Shown: positions 1 through 13,115, counted from the stretch's first letter. The stretch is DNA of 64,000 nucleotides from Hydrolagus colliei (GCA_035084275.1 CM068749.1:10230001-10294000), one strand, 5' to 3'. A program made the numbers and translations. The notes: generated by a model not told the origin, from the sequence alone.

Positions 1-250
1 ACGGGTATGGAAAATCTCTTAACGCTATTCAGTCGGTGCTTTCCGAGGGCACCAGCAACCTTGCGGTGGATGTTAATCTATGATTGCACGCGGTGGGGGC
101 GTCTAAATAATGAGCAGTGCTCATTGCGCAATCGCTTACTCAACTCTGCAAACAAAGCGACGAGGGCTACATTTTATAACACAAAGGGCAAGCTAATATT
201 TGAAGGCAAATCTTATCGAGTTTCCGCTGGTGCGGAGTATCTATAAATAC
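1..250. promoter_or_regulatory. CpG-enriched segment, possible edge of a CpG-island promoter left of the window
   Basis: 15 CG dinucleotides in nt 1-240 by hand count, well above most of the intronic background; not recognisable as a repeat. Confidence 0.4.
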
Positions 251-1993
251 TTCCAGGCTTCCACAATTTGCTATTTTACTGAGGAATTTTATGTGCGGTG
301 CATGTGTGATTATGTTTAGTTATGTGTGTGTTTTTTCTCTCCTATTTATTATTTTTTAGCCGGGATTGCAAACATCCCTGGATTGTTTGTAACTCCTGCC
401 CTGCTTTGGGGATCAAGTGTTTATAAGCCGATTTGAGTATCTGCCATCCCATAAAGGGGTCGTTTTTTGGCAGCTTGTTGCCGAGTGCCACGTGACAGAA
501 AATAAATGGTTCAATTCCCTGTTTCTGCACCGAAGGTAATAGTTACATCCCACACCTCCCTGTTAATCATGCGGAGAAATCCCATTTGCATTTAAATCGA
601 CCCTATTCATGATGACATTACAGAGTTTGAAATCTAGTTCTCGATGTTTTCCATTGGATCAACTTTTGTTTTAATTAAAGCCACCAGTTCTAATCACAGT
701 GAAACTCTCCAGCACATCACTGGATGGTGTTTGCCGGCAAGTTATTCCGGAAAGTTGATTCTCTCTGTTTTGTTTAAGAGTGAATTACTCTTTTCTCTCG
801 GCTAAAATCTTTGCGAGCAATGAGGTCCATCGCTTTGTAAGGCGGTGCGGGGGGAGCAAAATTGTATCGTCTCATGGCAAAAGGAAGCTCGCTGTGCAAC
901 ATGGGAGCCTGAGTTCATGCTGTGAACTCGTGGATCAAAACCCTAATTTCTATGCAGTTAGAGCTGGCAGTGGGAAGCTGACGTTATGTCTGCTTCTCTA
1001 CGTTGCTTTTGAATCCGGGCCTTGTAAAACCAAATTGCAGATGACAGCATTCTGAGCCTACATGCTTTGGCGTGTGCTTCGAGCACTGAAGTTGGGCCTC
1101 CTTTCATCCTGTCGTAAAACAACAGCTAGTCGCACAATGAGCTTTCTTAACAATATTGAAAAAAATGTTTTTTGGAAAGCTTTGAACCATGCAAACCATA
1201 AAGAACACTTTAATCTGGATTTAACACCAGTCCAAACTGACATGATGAATGATACCTCTATTTGCTGGTTTTCTCTTGATGAGACTGATCAGTCTCGACG
1301 CAAAGCACAGTGGCCATATGTCCCCTGGTTTGGCTCCATTCAGCGAGGTCATAAGGATAATCTGCTGAGAGAAATTTACAGCACTGTAATGTAGGTGTTT
1401 GCCTGAGGTTGGAAACAGAGCATAAATCATCCTGGAAGGTTTTGCCAAACTGGTTCAATGTAGGCATAAGTAGTCTCCTAATCTAATGATAAATGAAGAT
1501 AACACTTGACGGGACTTGAAATTTCCATCGAGTCCACCATAGACTGTCCAAATATTTTTCAATGTGCATAATTGTGGAAAACTATTAAGTTCTCCGTGAA
1601 TTTGGAAGCTAGGTTTCTGAGTTTCTTTCGAAGAGCCAACTTCCAAACTAAGACTGTATCTAAGCATTTTCCACAATTGGTCTGCCTGGTCTTAAATCTT
1701 AAAATAAAATGCTTGTGCTGGCTAAGGCAATGTGGAATTGCAGGGCAGATAATGACAAAAAAAATTGCATTTGGTTTAATGCCTTATTATGTTGTCAGAG
1801 CAACTCGAAACTCTCCACAGGATTTGTAGTAATTTGTAGGCGAATGCAGCAGACAATTTGTGCACAGCACCATCCTAAAAATAGTCCATGAATTGAATGA
1901 CCAATTTTATCTGAAAGATTGTCAGCCAGGCTTCCAGGAGAAATGCCCTTTTAGTTTTGAATCGTGCCATGACATTTTTAATATTTAAATGAA

Positions 1994-2170
1994 CAGACAT
2001 ATGGGTCCTCGGTTTAACGTCTAATCCAAAGGATGGCACTTTTGACAATGTAACTCCCCCATCACTGTATTGGAATTTCAGCCTAGGGTGACTTTAAAGT
2101 CCTGATGTAGGACTTGAACCCATAATCTTGTGCCTCAGAGACAAGCTCAAACAGAGCTGCCCTGACACCT
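1994..2170 (-). mobile_element. SacSINE1-like tRNA-headed SINE, 5' part
   Basis: Reverse complement reads AGGTGTCAGG...GGGTTCAAGTCC...TTAAACCGAGGACCC, resembling the SacSINE1 head and body. Confidence 0.75.
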
Positions 2171-2402
2171 AACGATGAATGCATCCATTCAGCAGTGCAA
2201 AACATACAACATAAACCCAATAGATTGATGGAATAGATTGCAAGGGAAGAATTAAGTTGAAATGCTTTTATGAACTTCTATAAAGGTTATCATCAAGGCA
2301 TTAGTGTATTAATCTGAGCCATGAATTGCTCCCAGCAATCCTCCCAACACCCAGTCAGGATTTTATTGATAAATTCAATTTGTATGCCTACTGCTTGCTG
2401 CC

Positions 2403-2717
2403 ATAATAATAATAATAATCCTTGCATTTGACATAGCACTTTTCACATCTTCTAGATGTCTCAAAGTGCTTCATAGAATATATTGTAAAGTGAATTGACT
2501 ATATTTGTGGGCAAAATGCAGCAACCAGTTGAGCACAGCAGTGACCCACAAACAGTCATGGATTGAAGTGACCAATTTATTGTATTTTTTGTGCTTAATG
2601 GATTATTATCAGACATGTGGAGTAAGGAAACTTGCCCATGGTTTTATCCTGCTGGAAATTGAACCTGGGTCTCTCGCTTGCGAGGTGAGTGCTCTAACCA
2701 CTGAGCTGCAGGACTCC
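2403..2717 (-). mobile_element. Full-length short-type tRNA/Deu-domain SINE (about 310 bp) with L2-like tail
   Basis: Minus strand has a tRNA-like head with A/B boxes, CCTTACTCCACA, Deu core (GTGGGTCACTGCTGTGC), tail AAATGCAAGGATTATTATT; many similar copies in the window. Confidence 0.9.
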
Positions 2718-2789
2718 ACATTGACAGATTGGTACAAAATGCTGCAGGATAATTGGACATGGATTGTCGATGAATTGGAATAATAATGT

Positions 2790-3150
2790 GTTTGACCTTG
2801 AGTTAAGGTCTCATCCAACAATTCTGAGCACACCCTCAGCACTGCACAGAGTGTCAGTTTAGATGTTATGGGTTCCAGCATTTATTTGAGGAGGGATGGC
2901 CAAGACATTGGGAGAAAATCTCTATACTTTTCGAACAGCATTGCAGGATCCCTACCTGAGCAGGCAGACGGGATCTTGGTTCAACGTTACATCCGAAAGT
3001 ACACTGGCAACAATGCAATGCAGCCCCCAGCAGTTTATTGGAGTGTCAGCCAAGATTGTGAGTTCACAAGTCCCAATCAGGGGGAAAAGATAATAATCCT
3101 TGCATTTGATACAGTGTCTTGTCGTATCATCAAGATATCTCAAAGCATTT
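2790..3150 (-). mobile_element. Cluster of degenerate SINE fragments
   Basis: Two SacSINE-like body pieces (GAGTGTCAG motifs) followed by an AATCCTTGCATTTGATA tail piece. Confidence 0.6.
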
Positions 3151-4176
3151 AACAAGATTTACTATTATGTAGTGACTTTGCATCTGTAAGGAAAATGCTT
3201 TCAAAGAAAAAATTCTGATGTGTTAGCACATAGCATTTTATATTTGGGCAGTGAGTTGGATGCCTTTAAAATGTAAGTAGTCTATGTGGATATTATTTGT
3301 GACTTGATCAATAACTGTGCATAGTTCTGCTGAGTCCTAGAGATGTTTTTCTGTGAAATCAGATGACTGCATAACACACAGAATAATAACAACTGTTGTT
3401 GTTTGGGGGCCAAGTAATACAAAGGGTGTAATAAGGACATTTTGGGTGCACAGATTGGAAAATGCATTCAACTATGTACCTACTGGGATAGTTTCAGCTT
3501 CATGTATTATAACACGGGTTGGTCACTGAAGGTTTGCGTCGGGTGCTGTCCTTTAAACATAGGAGGATTTATAAAGCAGTAAGTGTAATATAACATTGCT
3601 GTAGGTGTACAAAATTTCAAGGAGTTAACAAGAATGATATAAAATTAACTAAGTTAAAGCAGTATGATGTTTCGGAGCTAGGCTTGAATAGAGACTCATA
3701 AAACGTAACTGAATTAAATGAAAAGCCACCTGGTGGAAGGAGTGAAATTTAATTGCACTCTGATATTTGAATGCTTTCTGCTTTCCTTTTCTTCTCTTTT
3801 TCACCAAGGGCTATACGATAAATTACCTTAGCATTTATGCCTGTTCTTGATAACCTATTGGGCTTGTGAGAGGCTAAATTCAATTAGTAGCAAAGTTTTG
3901 ATTTAGACCCTATTGACATTGCTGTTTTGTGCTCTGCATCAATTTAATGAGTTCTTCAAGGTCTCTCTCTCTGCCAGAGCTCTGACACCAGTCTACAGGA
4001 GAAATATTATCAGGTGCTTTCACAACCTACTGTGCCTATCTTTCCCTATGTTGTAGGAATATTAATGTCCCTTGTGCAAACATTTTATTAATGTCCATAA
4101 TGTAGCAAAAACATTAAACCATGAGCTGCTTCAGTTACAATCTTTTACATCTCATTTAAAATAATAAACTAAATGA

Positions 4177-4473
4177 AATAATCCTTGCATTTGGTTCAGC
4201 GCCTTTCAAGTCAGGAGGACTTCTCAAATTGCTTCATGGGACATATTGTAAAGTGAAATGACTGCGTATTTTGTAGGCGAACGCAGTAGCCAATTTTCAC
4301 GCAAAGAACAACAACTTGCATTTGTATCTGAAGGACCTCTAATAATATAGTGCTCCGTCTATCACTGCACCGGTGTGTCAACCTTGACTTGTCTATATTC
4401 TGACATGGGACTTGAATGCACAATCTTCTGACTCAAAGGTAATAGTGCCACCAACTGAGCCAGGCCGACACCT
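4177..4473 (-). mobile_element. Degenerate SacSINE1-like SINE
   Basis: Tail ATCCTTGCATTTG at left; head CCAACTGAGCCAGGCCGACACC at right. Confidence 0.75.
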
Positions 4474-5259
4474 AAATAATGTAAGTGATTCTGTAATTGC
4501 TATTGCAGTGTATTAGCTAAATAGCACATTTTTCTTTTTAAACAAAAACAACAATTTTATGTGTTGCAGGCAGATCTTAAGAATGCATTTTAAATGGGGA
4601 AGAGTATTCTTTACGAGTAGATGTTCTGTTCAAATTGGTGCATCAGGTTCTGGATTAATGTTTGAAGTGCTTGCTTGTTTTTGGTGATTGTAAAAAAAAA
4701 AAAGGGGTGCTCCAGTCTATCACTGTTTGGTGTATTTTTTTTCTGTTACGTACGTGAAATATTTCTGGAGAGTCCTCTTTTCCGACTTAAAAACATTCCT
4801 CTTGGGCTTGTATCCCTTGAAGGAAAATCCACACACACATGTGCAGCTCAATGCATAGTGTCAAGACTGTCAACAGATTGTGAGCAATTGTGCAAGAAAA
4901 AGTAAACTGGGTAAACTCCCTTGTAACTAAGTGTGGCCTCTGGCATCTTGCTTGCAAGATCAACCAGCATTACCACTGTATCTTGGAGGTGACGGACAGC
5001 TGTTCTTTATTGCTTCTGCTTAGAATCTGAAATTCTTTGCATTCTGTCTGTGATTGTTTTAAAAAAAAGAAATAAAATTTATTCCGAATAAAAGGCTTCA
5101 TTGTGTTATCTTCATCGGAAAGTGTGATGTGCGACCAGCTCTATTCAATTGCAATAATAACGATAAATAATCCTTGCATTTGATATATCGCTTTATCACG
5201 TCATTGAGATGGTTTAAAGTGCTTCACAGAATATATTGATTGTAAAATGTATTGACTAT

Positions 5260-5475
5260 AACAACAACTTGAACTTATATAGTGCCCGCCATGCCGGGCG
5301 GCATCAATGAATGCTTAACCATAGCCGAGGCCGAGCCAGGGGGAGGGGTTAGGTGACCGTAGGCATGATCGAAGAGAAAGATCTTCAAGCGCGACCTGAA
5401 TATAGGAAAGGAAGAGGCGAGGAGAAGTGGTTGAGTCAGGGAGTTCCAAGTCTCAGGGCGTAGTGGCTAAAGACT
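5260..5475 (-). mobile_element. 5'-truncated L2 LINE 3' end inserted in a SINE
   Basis: Minus strand translates to ...FRSRLKIFLFDHAYGHL..., then the stem-loop tail and (GTT)n; flanked by SINE sequence (about 5150-5259 and 5476 onward). Confidence 0.85.
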
Positions 5476-6705
5476 GAAGTGACCAAATTATTAATATTTG
5501 GTATTGGGGGCAGGGGGGCAGTGAGCGAACACAACTTGCACCAATTTGAAATTACAGGTATGTCAGTAGTTTAATTAGATCATATTTATCTGATTCTATT
5601 GCTGGCTCTCCTGTGAACGACCTAAATCTAAGCTGAAGATACTGTGGTGCTACGTCCTTCATTTCTTACCTGAACTGAGTGTACTTGATGCAGGAGCTTT
5701 ATGCAATAAGTGGAAAAATGTTCCATTCCTCAGTGCTGATGTACATTGACCATCGTTCCATTTGCAACCCAGTCAACCCTCACCTGGATAACTAAAGGAA
5801 GTACTTTGAACAAGCATCAATGCATTGTCAAGATCAAGAACATCTCTGCATCTTGACTAAACTTTCAGCAACAGTTGAGTTCCTGGGCTTATGTTTTGGT
5901 TCCAGAATGACTGCAGTGGTCCTTAATGGGTTAAAGTTACATAACAGTAGTAAAGTGTGAGTAATACAATTGCTCTCAGTGGAGAGACAAGTAAGAGCCC
6001 TTTTCTATTATAGGAACTCTGCCTACTAATGAGGGAACCACAAGTGCAGTGTATTTTGAGAGATGTTATGTGTTCACTGGCTGTACCTCGGGTTTTAATT
6101 AAATTCTGAAGAGAAAAAATCATTTTAACATAAATCTCTTACCATAAATCATGAGTTGTATGTGGCTGATAAAAAGGAAGCAGAGCAATTTTTTTATGCA
6201 GAGAAAATTTAAGTGTTATGGAAATGACAATGGAACTGCCAGCAGAAAAACAGGGCAACATATTACATTAACTGATCACAGCAATGTAGAAATTTACAGG
6301 ACAGAGTGAGGCCTTTTAAGTCCATCATTCAGTTAAAAAAGCTAGCCATTCAGTCCATTCTCCCGCCTTTCCCTCCCACCCCTCTGCTTGTCTCCTCTGT
6401 TCAGCTAACATGGGTCTGCTGTACATCCCCACCCCTTCCATACTGGGCCTTCAATCACTTGGATCCTAATTCCTCAAGCCTTCTGCATCAACCCTTCTCC
6501 CTGTAAATCCCACCTTGTGGCAATTGCAACTCCTTGGTTTAGGGAGAAGAATATCAACCTCTTATTCATCGCCTAGTATTACTACTGGGTGGTTGTATCA
6601 GATGAAATCAGGATTGTGTTCAGCTGTCATGGCTCCTGAAACCTAACAGCCAGCCAATTATCAATTTGAAATCTCACACAGTAACTGGCAACGGGGTAAT
6701 AAAGC

Positions 6706-7030
6706 GGAATCCTGTAGCTTAGTGGTTAGAGCACTCGCCGTGCAAGCAAGAGATCTGGATTCGATTCCCAGCAGGTCAGGGGGAAACCTTGGGCAAGCTT
6801 CCTTACTCCACATGCCTGATAATAATCCTTTAAAATCCCTCAAAAAAAACAATAAATTTGTCATTTCAATCCACTATTGTTTGTGGGACACTGCTGTGCA
6901 CAATTAAATGCTGCGTTTCGCCCACATATATACAGTCAATTCACTTTACAGAGTATACTCTGTGAAGCACTTTGAGATGTCTAGAGACGTGAAAATTTCG
7001 CTATACCAAATGCAAGGATTAGTATTATTA
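6706..7030 (+). mobile_element. Full-length short-type tRNA/Deu SINE
   Basis: GGAATCCTGTAGCTTAGTGGTTAGAGC head, GGATTCGATTCCC B box, Deu core, GCAAGGATTAGTATTATT tail. Confidence 0.9.
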
Positions 7031-7177
7031 TTTTTAATAGATGTTATATGGGCAATTAAATCATTTGCATAACTAATGATATTTTCTGAGGTACAATAAT
7101 ACAGTAATAATCCATGAATTTGATATCATCTTTGAGACATCACAAAGAGAATTGACTGAATGTTTGTGTGTGAAACT

Positions 7178-7447
7178 CAGCAGCCAATTGCGCACAACCA
7201 TCCCCCACCCACCCCCCTCCCCACCCACACCACCACCAAAAACAGTCAGTGTCACCAATTTTTATTAAATTTAAGTAATTATTACCCTCGGAAAAGTGAT
7301 CCGCCAATGAACAACTGGATTCCTACTCACTACCAGGTAAACAGGCGTGTAAGTAAGGAAATTTGCCTAACGTCTCAACTTGCCCAGGAATCGAACCTAA
7401 GTCTTCTCACTTGCGAATCGAGTGCTCTAACTAAGCTACAGGACTCC
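7178..7447 (-). mobile_element. Long-type tRNA/Deu SINE, partial
   Basis: Contains the extra central block (CCAGGTAAACAGGCGTG on +) and head ending GCTACAGGACTCC. Confidence 0.75.
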
Positions 7448-8079
7448 ACGATCTAATTCAAAGTGTGGATATTTTTGAAATATCTCCATTGACTGCAAGT
7501 GAATTCAAATCAATCACTGGTAGTGAAAGATTCAAGCAAAATCTTCACATAATCTTGGGATTTATACTACAGCCCTGCGTGAATAGAGGATAGTGGTTTA
7601 TTGTGGCCATTAATATTTAACAGTTTAACAGGTGAGGCAGTCCAGATCAGGACCTTTAATCTCAACGTTTAAGGCAGCGTGGATTTGCGGAAAATTCTTA
7701 GATTCATTCTTTGTTTGGAAGCCTACTTTTAGCAACAGCAGAAATACGTCTTCCAAATTGCAGTTAAATTGAAGACAATTCCACAATCCTTGCCGCCTTA
7801 AATTATAAGACAAAATAGTCTTGGAGGCTGTTGACGAGGTGGAATTTTGTACCGTAAATGTGTCATTTCTCATGCCTTGCTCTGCTGAGGTTTCAGAAAT
7901 GGTAGTTTTCAAAACTACAGAAAAATCCTAGAGACAATGTGATTGATTCTGTGGAACAATACTACTGTAGAGAAGGAATTTCAATGGAACGATTATTGTA
8001 GAAAAGAGTTCAGAGATGCAAACTATGTGGTCTTAACCGGTTAGATTCCAGCAGTACACTTAACACAAGCCTAAACTCT

Positions 8080-8235
8080 TGCCAGCCTGCGCCTAATACT
8101 TTCTGGAAGTAGGTAGGCAGGATGTATCCCTCCAGGGAGAGAGTGTGTGTTCGATTCCAATACATAGGAATTTCCATATGTTGGGTGTGATGCACGGAAC
8201 TCTGTTTGGTTTGGATACTCTTAAACATGGGGATG
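8080..8235 (+). repeat. Unclassified palindromic/MITE-like repeat, copy 1
   Basis: Shares TCCCTCCAGGGAGAGAG (8127-8143) and TGGTTTGGATACTCTTAAACATGG (8207-8230) with the reverse complement of 19474-19668. Confidence 0.6.
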
Positions 8236-8330
8236 TGCCATACATCTGGCTGATTGAAAACACCAAACTCACCCTGCTTGTGGTTTGTGAGGCTTATCCT
8301 TTCTCTTATAATAAAATAACAATAATCCTT

Positions 8331-8742
8331 GTAGTACTCTCACTTCTGAGTCAGAAGATTGTGGATTTGAGACCTAAGTCAGGACTTGGAATCACACAGT
8401 CTAAGCTGATGCTCCAATGCTACTCTGAGGGTGTTTTGCTTTATCGGAAGTGCCGTCCTTTGGATGAGGCATGAAACCGAGGCCCCAGCTGCCTATTCAG
8501 CTGGAGGTTAAAGATCCCATGGCGCCATATGAAATTAGAAGGGAGTTTCTGCCTGTGTCCTGACCAGAAATCCCCCAGTAAAATTGATCACTCACTCCAT
8601 GGGGTCTGTGGAACACTGCTGTGTGCAACTGACTGCCGCATCTACCCACAAAATGTGCAGTCAATCCTGTGAAGCATTCTATCCTGTGAGACATCTCAAT
8701 GATGTGATAAGATGCTAAATCAAATGTAAGGATTAGTATTAT
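8331..8742 (+). mobile_element. Near full-length SacSINE1-like Deu SINE
   Basis: CTGAGTCAGAAGATTGTGG, AAACCGAGGCCCC, AAAGATCCCATGG, Deu core and L2-like tail in the expected order. Confidence 0.85.
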
Positions 8743-9329
8743 CATATAGAGCCTTTCACACCAGGAATTTGTCTCAAAGCGCTTCACGGGATTTATTGTA
8801 TAGCGTGGTGATTGTGTATTTTGAAGGTTACTATAGCTGTAGCGAGAATGCTACTGTTTGGAATATACCAGTGGCTATCTTCCGGGTGGTCAGGTGAATT
8901 ACTTAAGCTCACCAAGATGCTGCCCCGTGTGGAGAGCGCTATATAAATACAAATTGCTGTTGTAATTTTAGTCGGCTGCATATTTCCATATACAATACTG
9001 TACTGCAATGGTTTATGTTTCAAATAATGGTGTATGTATGTGTGTGTGTACACAACCATGTTTTGAATTAAATGTGTTTAAATTCATTTGTTTAAAGCAA
9101 AATCTAAAATTGAAAACAAGCATATAGTTTTCCAGACTTTTATCCATTACTGTATTTATATTGATTAAAGGTGGGGGGTGGGGGAGTAACCCCTTTAAAT
9201 CTATGCAGCTGTATATAAATGGAATAGCATTTTTTTTACAAAAAAAAGTGTGATACTGACAGTGAATCACACACATTGCAAATGAAGACATATGGAAGTT
9301 TTTTTTGTTTAACATGGGATGGCTAGTGT

Positions 9330-9565
9330 GGGTGTCTCTTTAAGCAGGCAGTGCGCAGTGCCTAGACTGGGATTCTATTTGAGGGAGAGAGTGTGTGTGG
9401 AGGGGGAGGTAAAGCCCAGGCTGTGTGGACACGCACAAGGCACAGCGGCTCATCACAGCACTGACTGAGAGCAGAGACTGCAGAGTAGCCTAACGCAGGC
9501 AGAGCAAAGGGAGACAGACAGGCAGACAAGTGGTGAATAAAGGGGCAGCTTTTTATCTGGGAGGA
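9330..9565 (+). promoter_or_regulatory. Putative promoter/5' UTR of the MECLLLDCQ first exon
   Basis: Unique GC-richer, GA/GT-rich sequence directly upstream of the ATG at 9566; no strong acceptor noticed. Confidence 0.4.
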
Positions 9566-9592
9566 ATGGAGTGTCTCCTTCTTGACTGTCAG
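9566..9592 (+). CDS. RGL1: Alternative first coding exon (MECLLLDCQ) of a RalGDS-family GEF, probably RGL1
   Basis: ATG in GGA-ATG-G context, 9 codons, then CAG|GTAAGG donor in phase 0. The DCQ| ending recalls the RALGDS first exon MMVDCQ|SS. RGL1 assignment is from human synteny with nested antisense APOBEC4; no downstream RGL1 exon was seen. Confidence 0.6.
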
Positions 9593-10683
9593 GTAAGGAT
9601 GGAGCTCTTTCTCTACGTTATTGTTTGGAAGGGGGTGGGAAGGAGGGAATCAGGTGTGAGAGGTGTACAGAACACCCATTAAAACAAGGACACTTAACAG
9701 ATGTCAGATGTGCTGCAGTTGTATGTTTAATGAGTTCTTTAATGAAACATGGCTAGTGATGGTGGGCTGGTAATAAAACATGGTAGGTTAGCAGTGGAGA
9801 CATGGTTAGTGATGGCAGGTTAGTGATAAGCCATAGGTGGTAATGATGGTTTAGTAATAATCTGTAGTGGTGATGGTTTAAATGATCAATTTAATTCAAT
9901 GAATTAATTATGGAAGTTGAGCAAATTAAGTTAATCATGCTTTAGTTATGGTAGCTTGGTAATAAACATGCTGGGACTGGTCAAGGGGCTGATTTGGACC
10001 ACTGTTATTGCAGTGAGAGGCTGCAAGTGAATAACTTTACTATCTCATTGCATTACTGTTAAATCATTGGAAATAATTTCATTCCCCCCCTCCCACAAAC
10101 ATCTCCCCTCTCCCCCCACCCCTCTGCAAGCCACACTGCAGTGAACCTAGAAACTGTTCTTCCTAATGATAATTTAGTGTCTCTTTTTAAAAAAAAACCT
10201 CCCTCTGTGCATTTTGTTAATTGTACTTTGAGGGTTAAGCGTTGAGCCAACCAGTGAGTCCCTGTAACTGGGGCCAGCTGGACAGGTAGGTGGCCTTCAG
10301 CCAGTAACTGAGAGTTTTACGGTTGACTGAACAGCAGCAACAACAACAACAACTTCAGTGTAATGTCCCATCTGAGGGATGCCTTCCGACACTGCAGCAT
10401 GCGGTTTGTAGGGTTTCTTTCAGCACAGTTTTGGTGCAAACCTCAGCCAGCAACTCTTCCTAGTGTAGAAGTGAACAAACTGTATTAATGCTACTGATGT
10501 GGGTGGTTGAACAGATTCTTCCAGTTCCTAATTAATATAGGAACCATATATAAAGTCTTCAGTGGGATATGTGTATGTGGTTGTGGGGGAGAAAGCAGGC
10601 TCACTGCAAAGGTAAAACGTGTATTCCGAAGCATAATTCATACATAGAAAGCTGCCTGCACATTTGTGAATACATATTTTATA

Positions 10684-10733
10684 TGAATTCTGTCCCTTAT
10701 AGGATTTATAAATCCTATAAGGGACAGAATTCA
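10684..10733. repeat. Perfect 50-bp palindrome with no spacer
   Basis: TGAATTCTGTCCCTTATAGGATTTA|TAAATCCTATAAGGGACAGAATTCA checked base by base; the ORF track gives the same peptide on both strands. Confidence 0.97.
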
Positions 10734-10937
10734 CATAACATCGCCTTAGCCTTTAATTGAATTGCAGCTTCACATTGGTAGAGAGTGAACCCTCACTCAA
10801 TTATTCTCTGTGGATTAAAATCTGATAGCATTATAGTAATGTTAGTGGCAAATTTATTCGTTCAGTAGTGGTGCGGTGATGGTTAATGGCATAACCACAA
10901 CCATGTTAATGCCCATCTAAGCAGGCAGAAGAGAATT

Positions 10938-11107
10938 CAGTTTTAATGTCTCATCGGAAAGATACCCCTCCGACAATGCTGTGGACCTCCAGATACTGTT
11001 TTCGAGCATCAGCCTGGACTACGAACCCAACGTCCCCACATGGGGCTTGAACCCACAACCTTGTGACTCAAAGGAAAGAATGCTACCAACTGAGTCAGGC
11101 TGACACC
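10938..11107 (-). mobile_element. SacSINE1-like SINE 5' part
   Basis: GGGGCTTGAACCCACAACC...TACCAACTGAGTCAGGCTGACACC. Confidence 0.8.
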
Positions 11108-11510
11108 CTTTCCGTGCATTCGACAAAACACGATGTGTGTTTTTTTGTTTGTGGTCCTGGGGGATCGGGGTGCGAAGGCGACAAAAGGAAGAGAAATATA
11201 TTACAATTGTTCAGATTACATTTCGTTTTCAACCTCCGCATCAACTCTTCTTTTATTCCTTTACACTCGCTTTACCATCTCTACAGTGCCCACTTTCTAA
11301 TGGCGGTTAGAAAGCAGGCAGGCTGTCATTTTAAGATGACATGACACTATCTTAATTTTATTCACAAATACAGTATACTCTGAACTGGTTGATTGAATCA
11401 CAGCCTTGTTATTCACTGACTACCATCTGTTCTCTTACATCTGAGTTGTGGGGATCTTCATTTTATATCATTCAATTAAAGATTGGCAACTGAGGGCTTT
11501 GAGAACAGCG

Positions 11511-11875
11511 CAGTCCAGGCTGACACTCCAGTGCGGGGCTGGGGGAGCGCTGACTGTCAGAAATGCCATCCTCCGATTCTGACATTAAACCAGGGTCTAA
11601 TCTGTCTGCCCAGTTGGGTATAAAACAAGAATGGAGTTTCTCTCGGTGTCCTGACCAACAATCCCCCAGTTAGAATCACTTACTAAGGAGTATTATTATT
11701 ATGATTATTACTTGTATTATAGTTGTTTATGGGATATTGCTGTGTGCAAATTTGGCTGCCACGTTTTCCTATAAATTCAAATCACTTTGTATGCAGTAAA
11801 TTCTGATGTGACATTTTGATGATTGGCTATATCAATTGCAAGGGATATTATTATTAGTATTATTACTACTACTTT
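11511..11875 (+). mobile_element. SacSINE1-like SINE body and tail
   Basis: AGGCTGACACTCCAGTGC...GCTGTGTGCAAATTTGGCTGCCACGTTTTCC...ATT-rich tail. Confidence 0.75.
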
Positions 11876-12804
11876 AAATCTTTGGACCAAAGGCTTATCA
11901 TGGATTGAAGTTGGTTGGACACCATTTACGAGTGCAATGTTGCTGAGGGTCCCAATTTTTGTTTGAGCAGAGATTGTTCATTTTTGGCAGCTGAGCAAAA
12001 CCATCTGAACAGTGACTGATGCTAAGAGGCAAATATCTTAGCAAGAGAGCCTTTTCCTTGGGGGTGGGGGGAAGAAATCTAAAACTCTTTGGATGGATAT
12101 CAAATGGAAAAATAGATAAAATACTAAAAAGTATTTATAGCACAAAAAGGCCATCCAGGCATTTGTTGCCTAAGAGACGAGTTCAATTTATTCCTGCTCA
12201 TGAAGCACGTGACTGTTAATGTTGGGCCAGAGGTGATCGGTATTCTATTGATGTTAATATTTTCATTGCGCTTCAGCACTGATGCTAAAAACCAACAGAG
12301 ATTTTTTTTTAATTGTATCTGGTGGAAAAAAAAATCGGTTGCTTCAAAGCAGCCGTTCCAGTAATGTCAGGAGCTATTGATCGCTGGAAAGTGCAGCCTG
12401 GGTTCAAGTGTCTGACTGCAGTCAGAGGCTCCTTGACTTTGTACAAGGATAAAAAATAGACTGCGTTTTTTTTAAAAAAAAACATGTTATTTGGCTTGTT
12501 TTGCAACTCAAACGCCTTGAGAGAGAAAAGAAATATTGTTCCCAATGTTGATTTGCGACTGGCTTATTTTATTTGTGGAGAACGGCAACATGTCTGTTTG
12601 TTTACACCTCAGGTGTTGATGGTTTGAATGCCTTTTCACTTTCCAACAACAAACTCAGGAAAATCCGCGGTTGTCATTCATGTTGATTGCATGGATTTCT
12701 ACTGTAAATGTGGAGACTGAAACATCTTTGTCACTACTCCCTTCCCTGTGTCTGAGTACTGTGTGTGGAATGATGCACTGAGTGGGTCTATATTGTTCTT
12801 ACTG

Positions 12805-13115
12805 GACTGGGGTACTCCATGTCTCCATCCCTGCCCTACCCACCATTGGCGGTCAGGTCTTCAGCTTTTCTACCCCCATCCTCTGGATCTCCATCCCCAC
12901 AAATCTCTCGACTTAACCCCCTCCATGGCTTCCTTCCCATCTCAAGACCTTCCTCTTTGACTGTGCCCTCGGCCACACTCCCACCCATCTTACTCTGCAT
13001 CCCTCTTGATTTGAACCCCCAACTCTGTTCCAAACGCTTAACTGTCTAATGCCCGGGACATGCTTCCGACATGAAAGGTGCTATATAAATATAATTTGTC
13101 GTTGTCATTGTTGTT
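12805..13115 (+). mobile_element. Degenerate L2 LINE 3' end
   Basis: CTCAAGACCTTCCTCTTTGAC (LKTFLF) and tail GAAAGGTGCTATATAAAT...GTTGTTG. Confidence 0.8.

Noticed and set aside
1062-1394. 110-aa ORF near the CpG-rich start
   Set aside because: No recognisable homology or clear splice signals; length within chance expectation
1-1500. ARPC5 or NCF2 exons expected from synteny
   Set aside because: No matching peptide seen in any frame; they would lie outside the window
9382-9398. 17-bp match AGGGAGAGAGTGTGTGT to 8134-8150, as a fourth copy of the unclassified repeat inside the promoter
   Set aside because: Low-complexity GA/GT sequence with no flanking similarity
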